Positions 19,825 to 28,873 of a stretch of 64,000 bases of DNA are shown one piece after another. The notes beneath the pieces are model-generated. The model searched no databases. It was given only the letters and a program-made list of their open reading frames with translations, and was not told where the DNA came from. The DNA comes from Promethearchaeota archaeon (GTDB lineage: Archaea > Asgardarchaeota > Lokiarchaeia > Sigyniarchaeales > SOKP01), in assembly GCA_016839555.1 (NCBI GenBank), contig JAEOUA010000007.1, forward strand, positions 224,001 to 288,000, in the 5' to 3' direction. The position numbers were made by a program, and so were the translations under genes. Every line of letters starts with the position of its first letter. Positions within the stretch are counted from its first letter, which is position 1.

Positions 19825-21398
19825 TTATTATCCCTCTCTTTTTTTCCTGAAATGTAAAATCCAGAATCAGCAATTCCATTTGGGTCAAACGCAGCTTTAA
19901 TTTTTCTTAACCATATATGATAATTCATCATAAGTGGACCCCATTGATCATGGAGATGATCTCCTTCAATAAAGAATGGAGCACCTAAATGCTTAATTAA
20001 ATCCATTTGATTACTTTCTTCCATGTAATCGGCTATGCCTTTAACACTATGTTCATTTGTTTGGTCAAACATAGTAGGTGATTCCATATGGAAATAATGA
20101 CCCCCTTCATAACTAGTCATCCAGGCACCTTCCCCAAAATCATTTGCAATTACCTCATTTTTGATATATTTCTGCTTTAAAGGGATGTTAGCCTTTTCTG
20201 CGCTAAAACATAAGGATGCAGTATCACATTGACCTTTGGAAGATTGAAACCCCCCTGTTGCAATAAAGCCATGATATCCTAAATTTGCTCGTAAACATTC
20301 AGCATAAAAGATAGATGGTGGTGTATACTTAGTTCCTATAAGATTCTTTAGCTTAAACTTTTTTAAAATATTTTCCATTACTTTTTGCTTATAATCAAAT
20401 TCTCTTTTAGTATGAGCACCTATAACAACAACTAAAGGTAATTTTAAGGTCCCAATTGTCATTTTATTAATTAAACTTTCTATACTAAATGAAAAAATTG
20501 CCATAACGGCCATACTTGACATATGACTTACTATAAAGGCTATTTCTTCTTGTTCTATTTGAATTAATGCATTTTCTAATTTTTTCCAGCTTTTGCAATC
20601 AAACACATAAGCTCTAATATAGTTTGGAATCTCAAAATCATATAATGGAGAGTGCCCTTTTAAATTAAATTTAGTTTCAGTAGGATATGGAAAGAGCTTA
20701 ATACCAACTTTCGTAAAAACTCCAATTCCAGACTTGGCCCCCACCCATCCTCTCATAATACCTCTTAAGCTAGGTCCTGGTCCATCACCATTATACCAAT
20801 CGGGATTATTTTTTAATCCGATTGATCCTAACCTTAAAATTTCTCCTGTTGGTAATACCCATTCTACTCCCAAAACATTTCTTGCACTATGTCCTGTTTG
20901 AGGTGAGGTGAAACCTGGACCCGCCATAGATGTATGGCTCGCTAGAGGTGATGCCATGGGTCCTGCTCCGGGCATATGAACGTTTAGACCATATTTCATG
21001 ACCTCAGCTTGTAGTTGGGCACCACTAACATAAGACTCCACCACTGCATAAAGATTTTTGACATCAATTTTTACAATCTTATTCATTCTACGGAGATCTA
21101 GTATTACAGAATTATCTGTGGATGGTTGATTCCAAGGACCCAGACCTGTACTCTGTGCTTTGAAAGTAATCTTATATTTATTACAAATCTGAATAATTTT
21201 CTGTACCTCTTCTGTAGACGCGGGCAATATAACTGCTTTTGGAACAGCAGAAAAGGGGATAGGGTCCTTTCCATTCATATAATTTACAAATTCAGTGCAC
21301 CAATTGTATGCATATACATTTGTTATTACTTCTCCATCATTAATATTCTCATTACCGACAATTTCTTGAAATTCTTCTAAAATTTTATTTTCCAACAT
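19821..21398 (-). CDS. FAD-binding oxidoreductase, VAO/PCMH/GlcD family
   Basis: PKAVILPASTEEVQKI, LDLRRMNKI, NVLGVEWVLPTGEIL, IGVFTK, KIKAAFDPNGI. Confidence 0.85.
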   Translation of the reverse strand: MLENKILEEFQEIVGNENINDGEVITNVYAYNWCTEFVNYMNGKDPIPFSAVPKAVILPASTEEVQKIIQICNKYKITFKAQSTGLGPWNQPSTDNSVILDLRRMNKIVKIDVKNLYAVVESYVSGAQLQAEVMKYGLNVHMPGAGPMASPLASHTSMAGPGFTSPQTGHSARNVLGVEWVLPTGEILRLGSIGLKNNPDWYNGDGPGPSLRGIMRGWVGAKSGIGVFTKVGIKLFPYPTETKFNLKGHSPLYDFEIPNYIRAYVFDCKSWKKLENALIQIEQEEIAFIVSHMSSMAVMAIFSFSIESLINKMTIGTLKLPLVVVIGAHTKREFDYKQKVMENILKKFKLKNLIGTKYTPPSIFYAECLRANLGYHGFIATGGFQSSKGQCDTASLCFSAEKANIPLKQKYIKNEVIANDFGEGAWMTSYEGGHYFHMESPTMFDQTNEHSVKGIADYMEESNQMDLIKHLGAPFFIEGDHLHDQWGPLMMNYHIWLRKIKAAFDPNGIADSGFYISGKKERDNK

Positions 21399-21400
21399 TT

Positions 21401-22720
21401 TTAAGAAATCTCACCCTTTGCTTGTTTTAATTTTTCAGAATCTAAACCTAAAGCCATTAAAATAAGTTCACTTATATCATAAAACTTTAATTTAGAACCA
21501 CTATCTTTTATTCCATCTTTAAGATTTGTAGAACAAAATGGACATGCTGAAACTAAAATATTTGCTCCCGAGTCTTCAGCTTCTTCCACTCTGATAGTCG
21601 CGGTTTTAATAGCCATCTCAGGAAATGCCGACTTCACGCCCGCTCCCGCTCCGCAGCAATATGCATATTCCTTAATTCTCTCCATTTCCAATAACGTTAA
21701 TCCAGGTATTTTATTTAAAATATTTCTAGGAGCATCATATACACCCTTAGATCCTGTTCTCTTAGGTTTAGGAGGGATATTAATGTTAACTAAAGGCATT
21801 ATTGGAACTTCATCTCCTTCCCATTCTTCATACCTTTCAGCATTTCTTCCTAAATGACATGGATCATGATAAGTTACTGTAAGAGGGACTTGATTTGTAA
21901 GTTTTAATTTTCCCGTATTTATAAGATCCTCAAAAAACTCTACTGTATGTAATACTTTAAAATCATATTTTCTATAAAGAGGATAATCCACCTTAAAAGT
22001 ATCATAGCATCCTGCACAACTAAAAACCACTAATTCAATCCCTTTTTTTTCAATAATATCTAAATTTTTATTTAATTGCTCTTTAAATGTTTTTATATCT
22101 CCAGTTCGATATGTTGGACTTCCACAGCAATATTCTTCATCATACAAAATATCAAATGAAATTCCTGCCTCCTTCATTATACGAGCTGTGGCTATTGCTA
22201 TTTCTTTTCTTCTATAAGAAGAAGTGCATCCTACGTAATATAGAATTTTTGCTTGAGGATCGGGTTTTATATCATCAGGAATCCAAGCTGTCCTCTGCTC
22301 GTGCGGTTCATTATAAGGATTATTAACTATTTTCATGGCTTCAGTGTATTTTTTTTGTTTAGGCATTGGACCATAGCCTGAATCAACTAATTTCTCTCTT
22401 AATCTCATAATAATTTCTAATGGTTTAAGATTGTTCATATATTTACAAGCAACCGCACAATTTCCACAGGCAGTACATTTATAGACTATATCTAGGAGCT
22501 CTTTCGTTGGTTTTATCCTACCCATCTCATATGCTAAAGCAAGAATAATTCTTCCCCCTCCACTATATGGATGAAAATTATAAATATCTATTGCTGGACA
22601 GGAAGTTGCATATTTTAGGCTTTTTATTTGGACTTGAGGAATCCATTTACATACAGAGCAGCGAAGACAACGTTTTATCATTTTATGATATTCTTCTTCT
22701 GGAAAATGATCAATCGTCAA
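21401..22720 (-). CDS. Fe-S oxidoreductase, GlpC/HdrD-like (2x[4Fe-4S] + two CCG domains)
   Basis: CLRCSVC..CP, CTACGNCAVAC, YYVGC, EYCCG, SCAGC, YHDPCHLGR, CCGAG, ACPFC. Confidence 0.9.
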   Translation of the reverse strand: MTIDHFPEEEYHKMIKRCLRCSVCKWIPQVQIKSLKYATSCPAIDIYNFHPYSGGGRIILALAYEMGRIKPTKELLDIVYKCTACGNCAVACKYMNNLKPLEIIMRLREKLVDSGYGPMPKQKKYTEAMKIVNNPYNEPHEQRTAWIPDDIKPDPQAKILYYVGCTSSYRRKEIAIATARIMKEAGISFDILYDEEYCCGSPTYRTGDIKTFKEQLNKNLDIIEKKGIELVVFSCAGCYDTFKVDYPLYRKYDFKVLHTVEFFEDLINTGKLKLTNQVPLTVTYHDPCHLGRNAERYEEWEGDEVPIMPLVNINIPPKPKRTGSKGVYDAPRNILNKIPGLTLLEMERIKEYAYCCGAGAGVKSAFPEMAIKTATIRVEEAEDSGANILVSACPFCSTNLKDGIKDSGSKLKFYDISELILMALGLDSEKLKQAKGEIS

Positions 22721-24173
22721 AACAAAGCATCCCTGGATTTAAAATATTATTTGGATCAAATATTTTTTTTACTTTTTTAAGTGCAATAATATTTTCTTTA
22801 CTATAGTTTGCAAAGGTTTCCTTTGCCCATAAAATATAAGGCCGATTAAAAAAAGCTCCTGAATTTATTAATTTAGAACTAATATCTATGAAATTTTTTT
22901 TAATATCTGAAATTAAATTTCCATTTTTTATATCGTAAAAAAGATCAAATTCACAATGATATGAAGTTCCTTGATTTATAGCTTGAATATATATTCCTAA
23001 ATCTAATTTAGTCATTTTCTCTACTATTGAAATGAATTTAGGAATGTTTTCAAAATCAGTTATGAAAAAGATGTCTTGAAAAGCGCCTTTTAATCTACTT
23101 CTCCAGGGATTGCGAGTTGGTTGGTTTAAAGCAGTTAGAATCTCTTTTTCACTAATAGGACTAATTTTTTTTAAATGATCTTTCTTTATATTTTTTAAAA
23201 TATCCTTGATATCTGCTTCTTGATATGATATTTTATCATGTGCAAACTTACCACGACCAGATAAAACATAAATTAAATTCCATTTTTCTAATGAAGATGA
23301 TAAATCCAAAATAGCTTGTGTATTTTTTTTTACTAAAGATGCTAAATTTAAATTATTTAATATGAATATTTCATCTCCTAATCGATATTTTAGTAGCTCA
23401 TATTGAACGTCTAATAAATCTTGAATATTATTTGATTGAAGATGGAATACTTTCTGAAGGTTCGGTAATAATTCTAATTTAAGAGTTGCCCATGTAACAA
23501 CTCCTATACTACCTTGAGCACCTTGTACTATTCTATAAGGACTGAAATGAGTGGGACCCATTGGATTTACTTGAGCTGCTCCCGCTTTTCGCTGCTGTTT
23601 TATAGTCCCTGGACCTGCAGCAGTTCCTGTCCTGAATCGATCTCCTGTTCCAAAAACCAATTCAGTACATAATAAAGGATCTGAACTATCCCAATGATAA
23701 CGTGGAATTGTTATTGGGACTCTTTCTAGAGCCGTTGTTAACACGGACTTACCATCTCTTGGAGTTAAAGGTATTAAAATCCTCAATCCTTTTTTTTTAA
23801 GGATTGGAATTAATTTCCCAAAGGTTACTCCGGGTTCTATCATAACCACTCTATTTTTTTTATCAATATTAAGAATCTTATTCATTTTTGAGAGATCCAA
23901 TATTATAGAATTATCTTTCTGAGGAATAGTGTCACCATGATATTTTATAGGAGATTTTGAACTAATTGGTATGACAGAAAGATCATTTAAATTAGCTAAT
24001 TTTAAAAATGCTTCAATTTGACTTACTTTACCACCCCATACAACATATATAGGTTTATTTCCCTGGGCAAAGCTTAAATCTTGAGAGTATTTCTCTAAAA
24101 TTTCAGTATCTTTTGAAACATATTTACTCCCAAATATTTTAATCAATTTTTGATAAATATTATCTTCGGTCAT
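22710..24173 (-). CDS. FAD-binding oxidoreductase, VAO/PCMH/GlcD family (divergent paralogue)
   Basis: LDLSKMNKILNID...IEPGVTFG, GAQGSIGVVT, KVKKIFDPNNILNPG. Confidence 0.8.
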   Translation of the reverse strand: MTEDNIYQKLIKIFGSKYVSKDTEILEKYSQDLSFAQGNKPIYVVWGGKVSQIEAFLKLANLNDLSVIPISSKSPIKYHGDTIPQKDNSIILDLSKMNKILNIDKKNRVVMIEPGVTFGKLIPILKKKGLRILIPLTPRDGKSVLTTALERVPITIPRYHWDSSDPLLCTELVFGTGDRFRTGTAAGPGTIKQQRKAGAAQVNPMGPTHFSPYRIVQGAQGSIGVVTWATLKLELLPNLQKVFHLQSNNIQDLLDVQYELLKYRLGDEIFILNNLNLASLVKKNTQAILDLSSSLEKWNLIYVLSGRGKFAHDKISYQEADIKDILKNIKKDHLKKISPISEKEILTALNQPTRNPWRSRLKGAFQDIFFITDFENIPKFISIVEKMTKLDLGIYIQAINQGTSYHCEFDLFYDIKNGNLISDIKKNFIDISSKLINSGAFFNRPYILWAKETFANYSKENIIALKKVKKIFDPNNILNPGMLCFDD

Positions 24174-24503
24174 AATGTGAATAATGCCTCTCTATTGATT
24201 TTTATAAATTTAAAATTCATATTTTTCATTAGATCTTATTATCTATTTTAATAAAAAATTTTGATGAATTTATATTAATTATTTTTTAATTTAATTTCAA
24301 AGTAATTTTGAAATAATTTTGTAGGTTTTTATTTTACTTATTTTTATAATAATTTTTTATCATGTTCAAGATCCATGTTAATATATCAGATATTGGAGGG
24401 ACCTCTTATTAATTAGGAATATTTAATTGATATTAAGGAAACACAATTAAAGTATAAAAAATTATTTATTTCATTATTGATGGATTTCAATTTAAATCAA
24501 ATT

Positions 24504-24510
24504 AAGGAGG
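24504..24510 (+). promoter_or_regulatory. Shine-Dalgarno site of the fixC-like gene
   Basis: AAGGAGG 10 nt upstream of ATG 24521. Confidence 0.6.
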
Positions 24511-24520
24511 GAATTATAAT

Positions 24521-25939
24521 ATGAATTCCTATGATATAGTTGTTGTAGGAGGTGGACCTGGGGGTTCCATGGCAGCCAAAGTAGCTGCTGAAAAAGGTTT
24601 AAAAGTAATTTTTTTTGAACGAGGAAGAAAACCAGGTGAGAAAAATTCTTCTGGATGCGGTCTTGGACCCAGAATGTGGCGAAAATGGCCTAATATGATG
24701 AAAGAATTAACTCCTGATAAATGCCCATCATTAAGAGAAGGTCGATATGCAAGAAATTATTTAGTTGATAAAGATGGTGAAGTATCTGCCATGATATTAG
24801 CTAGACCGACTAAATCTGTCACTTATGAACCAGCAAAAAGATTTATTACGATGAATTGTTATCGCAGTGAATTTGATCCTTGGATGGCAGAATTTGCTAC
24901 TAACGCTGGTGCTGAATTAAAAACTTCAACTTTAATAAAAGGATTAATCAAAGAAAAAGGAAAAATAATAGGTGTAATTGACGAAAAAGGAGAAAAATAT
25001 ATAGCTCCTATTGTAATAGGTGCTGATGGAGCTATTTCTACAGTGGCTAAAGATGCGGGATTGCGAAATAAATGGTATCATGATCATATAACACTCGTTC
25101 CGCAATATGATTTTTATGCTCCTAAAGAAAAAATTGATTTAATTATGCATGAGGAAGCACTCGCTGTGTGGTGGATGGCAGGGGGCATACCAAGTGCTTA
25201 CCAAGTTTTTTTTGCTGATGGGTTTCATATAGGTTTAGGAAATTGGATGCATTCATGGGAAAAAAATCCATTATATTATCTAAATTATACAGTTAATTTA
25301 ACACATTTTCAACGATTAATTAAGATGTTAGATGCCAAACCTAGAGAATTACAAGCACATCTCTTACCTTGGATGCCGTATCCAACAAAAACTTATACAG
25401 ACAATGTTATGCTTATTGGTGATGCAGGAGGATTCCCATGTCCTTTAGAGGCAGAAGGGATTTTTCCAGCTATGGAAACTGCTGAAATTGCAGTTGAAGT
25501 AGCCGCTGAGGCTATTGCAGAAGGAGATTGCTCAAGAAATAAATTAAAAGAATATGAAACAAGATGGCAACAATCTTCTGTAGGTGTTGAATTCGAAGCG
25601 GGGCCAGAGTTGTGGAATATTTGGAAAGCTCTCCCTTTTAATAAAAATAATATGAATTGGTTTATCCCGATGATAAGTGAGGTTTTAACAGGTATTTTTG
25701 ATTGGTCAGAACCTCATAAAATTCGACTAAGACAAATTTTAGTAGAAACAAAAAAGTATTTGCCACAAGCAATGCCTTTACTGATTAAGGAGTTTATTCC
25801 TCTATTTTTAAAAGTACTTGAGGATGATATGGATCAAATATTCGATCCAAAAATGTTATCTAAACTAATGAATGCCTTCCCTGCACTATTAAAATTGATA
25901 CCGAAAAATAAAAAAAAACGGAGGCCTAATAAAAAATGA
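24521..25939 (+). CDS. FixC/geranylgeranyl-reductase family FAD-dependent oxidoreductase
   Basis: DIVVVGGGPGG, ERGRKPGEKNSSG (FixC-like), YRSEFDPW, IGADG, LIGDAGG..PLEAEGI. Confidence 0.8.
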   Translation: MNSYDIVVVGGGPGGSMAAKVAAEKGLKVIFFERGRKPGEKNSSGCGLGPRMWRKWPNMMKELTPDKCPSLREGRYARNYLVDKDGEVSAMILARPTKSVTYEPAKRFITMNCYRSEFDPWMAEFATNAGAELKTSTLIKGLIKEKGKIIGVIDEKGEKYIAPIVIGADGAISTVAKDAGLRNKWYHDHITLVPQYDFYAPKEKIDLIMHEEALAVWWMAGGIPSAYQVFFADGFHIGLGNWMHSWEKNPLYYLNYTVNLTHFQRLIKMLDAKPRELQAHLLPWMPYPTKTYTDNVMLIGDAGGFPCPLEAEGIFPAMETAEIAVEVAAEAIAEGDCSRNKLKEYETRWQQSSVGVEFEAGPELWNIWKALPFNKNNMNWFIPMISEVLTGIFDWSEPHKIRLRQILVETKKYLPQAMPLLIKEFIPLFLKVLEDDMDQIFDPKMLSKLMNAFPALLKLIPKNKKKRRPNKK

Positions 25940-26205
25940 AAATAGAGCTTGAAGGATTATCAAAACATATTCCTGGAACTGGAGACTTTATTATATTTGA
26001 TAGTGAAAAGTGCAATAATTGTGATATGTGTCTAAAAATCTGTGTAATGAATTTATGGAAAAAGAAGGATGGAAAAATTTACATAGTAGATGATTATAAA
26101 AAGAAATGTTTAGAGTGTGGAGCTTGTTATATGGTATGTGACCCCGGTGCTATAGATTTCAGTTATCCTAGTGGAGGTACTGGTGTAGTTTTTGAACAGG
26201 GATGA
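25936..26205 (+). CDS. fixX: FixX-like 2x[4Fe-4S] ferredoxin
   Basis: CNNCDMCLKIC, CLECGACYMVC and the FixX-type C-terminus FSYPSGGTGVVFEQG; ATGA coupling to the upstream gene. Confidence 0.8.
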   Translation: MKIELEGLSKHIPGTGDFIIFDSEKCNNCDMCLKICVMNLWKKKDGKIYIVDDYKKKCLECGACYMVCDPGAIDFSYPSGGTGVVFEQG

Positions 26206-26793
26206 TTCTTTCGACAGCATCCTTCGGTGAAAGGAATTTATAACCTCAACGCTCTGCTTGAGTGTTTAAATTAGATATGAATGTTGTTATTTTTTTTAAA
26301 TAATATATTACTTCAACTTTTTATAAATATTTAAAAGGATATGTTTCGGCAATAAAATTTTCTTCAAAATTTCAAAGACACTTATTATTCCGGAAGGTAA
26401 AAAATGTACAATCAAATTCTTTGAAGATGGTTTTTCGATTTATGGAATTGATTTTCAATACAAGAATTAATTTTTAACAAGAAAACTGAAGATAGGTTTC
26501 AATTCAAAAAGTAGATTATCCACATCTAACAGTTTTTAGACATCTAGAGAAACTCTCTGCTGATAGGATTTAATCTTTCTTTTCTCTTTTTATTCTATTT
26601 AAAACAAAATATTGCAAGAATATTATAAATTCTCATCCCTTTAGCTTTTAAATTTTATATGATTTGTAATCTTCCTAAATCAAGCAAAACTTTATTATTA
26701 AATCTAACAAAAAATAAATTAAGATTAATTTTTTACTAAAAAAGATTGTTTCTCAAAAAATAATAATTAGAAAAAAAAAATAGATGTAATGTT

Positions 26794-27642
26794 ATGGTAG
26801 AAGAAAATAATTTAAATCCTTTTAAAGGGAAAGTAGCTATTATTCCTGGTGGGTCAAAAGGGATGGGTAAAGCAACTGCTAGACATTTTGTTGAATTAGG
26901 AGGTAGTGTATGTATAATAGCGAGAAATCTCGAAATTTTAAAACAAGCTGCTCAAGAAATAGAAAGTAAAAAAACCGATGAATCTCAGTTTATTGAAATA
27001 ATATCATGCGATGCAACAGATATGGATAAGTTAAAACCGTTGCTTACTGATTTTATTAATAAACACGGAACTCCAGATTATTTATTTAATTTTGTTGGTT
27101 TTGCAATTGTCCAATATCTTGAGAAATTAACCCTTGAAGATTTTAAAAGGAATATGGATGTGAATTATTATGGCCAATTAGTTCCTACTCTCATTATTTT
27201 ACCATATTTTATGGAAGCTAAAAAGGGATATATATCTTTTACATCTTCAGTTTTGGGATTTATGGCAATTATGGGTTATAGTACTTATGTTCCAAGCAAA
27301 TTCGCTATTGTTGGCTTAGCAGAAATTTTAAGACACGAACTATTACCTTACAATATTAAAGTCTCAATACTTTTTCCTACAGATACAGATACTCCTGGTT
27401 TTGCGGAAGAAAATAAGCTCAAACCACAAGAATGTAAAATTATTTCAGAATCGGGAACAATTATGACCGCAGATGAAGTAGCTGAAGTGTTTATAGATGG
27501 CGTATTAAATGAGATTTTTGAAATTTTACCCGGTGAAGCGGCTCTCCAAATAAAAGATATGAGAGAAAATCCTGCTGATATACGAGGTGTATTAGACAGC
27601 CTTTATAAACGCGCTAGGCGTAAAACTAAAAGAAAAATTTAA
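26794..27642 (+). CDS. Short-chain dehydrogenase/reductase, 3-ketodihydrosphingosine reductase (KDSR)-like
   Basis: PGGSKGMG, YVPSKFA catalytic YxxxK, and FPTDTDTPGFAEENKLKP, the KDSR-subfamily motif. Confidence 0.8.
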   Translation: MVEENNLNPFKGKVAIIPGGSKGMGKATARHFVELGGSVCIIARNLEILKQAAQEIESKKTDESQFIEIISCDATDMDKLKPLLTDFINKHGTPDYLFNFVGFAIVQYLEKLTLEDFKRNMDVNYYGQLVPTLIILPYFMEAKKGYISFTSSVLGFMAIMGYSTYVPSKFAIVGLAEILRHELLPYNIKVSILFPTDTDTPGFAEENKLKPQECKIISESGTIMTADEVAEVFIDGVLNEIFEILPGEAALQIKDMRENPADIRGVLDSLYKRARRKTKRKI

Positions 27643-27876
27643 TTTATTTCATTATTTATTTTTTTTTTTTGAATTTGAAAGAAAGATTGTTATTTCTTTT
27701 GCATGGATTTTATAAATTTCTTAATTTCAAACCATCTTAAGATAAGATATAAAACAATTTTGAAAGATTAAAATTTATTTTATAAGCAACTTAACTTAAC
27801 TTTTAATCAAATTTGAAAATAAAAAATAAAAATAAAAAATAAATATAAAATTATTTAGAACAATTTGTAGGACTTT

Positions 27877-28350
27877 TTATTTTTTCCTTCTTCTTTTAAC
27901 TGTTTGCTGAAATTCTAGTAAGGCCCCAAAGGTATTTTCAGTATCAAAATAGGCAAACCATTGTTTTCCAATTTTACCAGATTGTAATACTTCTATCCCT
28001 TTTTTTTTAAATTCATCTATAGTTGCTTGTAAATCTTCAACATACATACCTACACTATGAAGCCCCTCCTTTCCTTGATCGAGAAATTCTTTAAAAAGAC
28101 AATCTCCGCACGCTTCCGCTGGTTCTTGTAGCTCTATTTGGATGCCAAATAGACGGCTAAAGGCGTAATTTACAACTATTGACACTTCTTTACCATGGAA
28201 TGTTGCTTCTTCATGAATTATGTTTTCCATAACAGCGAATTTTATACCGTATGTATCTTCCATTATTTTCGCCTGTTTTTTGATATCCTTGTATACGAAG
28301 CTCAATTGTTCTACTTTTAAATTCACTAAATTTAAGTCAAAATTTTCCAT
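27877..28350 (-). CDS. VOC/glyoxalase family (methylmalonyl-CoA epimerase-like) protein
   Basis: EQLSFVYKDI, QIELQEP, FLDQGKEGLHSVG..VEDL, FAYFDT..GALLEF. Confidence 0.8.
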   Translation of the reverse strand: MENFDLNLVNLKVEQLSFVYKDIKKQAKIMEDTYGIKFAVMENIIHEEATFHGKEVSIVVNYAFSRLFGIQIELQEPAEACGDCLFKEFLDQGKEGLHSVGMYVEDLQATIDEFKKKGIEVLQSGKIGKQWFAYFDTENTFGALLEFQQTVKRRRKK

Positions 28351-28873
28351 TTTTAATCATTAAACCAATTTAATCTTTTGAATATTATATTTAAAATAAT
28401 TTTTTAAAATTATCCCCATAAAATTAATTTATTATTACAGATTTAACAGATATTTCAGTAAAATCTATAATATTGCGATGATTGTATCAATTATATTTAT
28501 TCACTCTTTCTAAATGCATATTTATAGTTTTTTTAAAAGATTTATTTAGACAATATGTTATAGGTTATATGATTTTAAAAGAATTATTATTAACTCAAAA
28601 ATTTTAAATAAGAGAGATTGTTCTCATTTTATTTTTTAAATAATTCGTAGAAATAAAAAACCATATTTTTAATTAAATTTTTCATCGAAATATTCAAGGA
28701 AATTTAACTTAATTTTTATTTATACATTGAATTGATTTATAGAAATGAAATTCTTTATTTGATAAATTCTGACTTATCCTTCTATTTATTTGTTTACTCT
28801 TTTGAATATTAATATTAGAATTTACTTGATTTAGATAGTTTTTTAAATTTTAACAGCATAAAAATATTTAATT

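Noticed and set aside
26203-26274. Selenocysteine/readthrough of the fixX TGA (frame stays open for 22 more codons, hairpin adjacent)
   Set aside because: The protein already ends at the normal FixX C-terminal Gly, the TGA is not at a Cys-equivalent position, and the hairpin lacks the AUGA/GA SECIS core geometry.
26280-26790. Long intergenic region as possible pseudogene or transposase remnant
   Set aside because: No recognisable reading frame, terminal inverted repeats or target-site duplication.
27815-27852. AAAAT-type short repeats
   Set aside because: Low-complexity oligo-T terminator region of the minus-strand gene; not a CRISPR or true tandem repeat.
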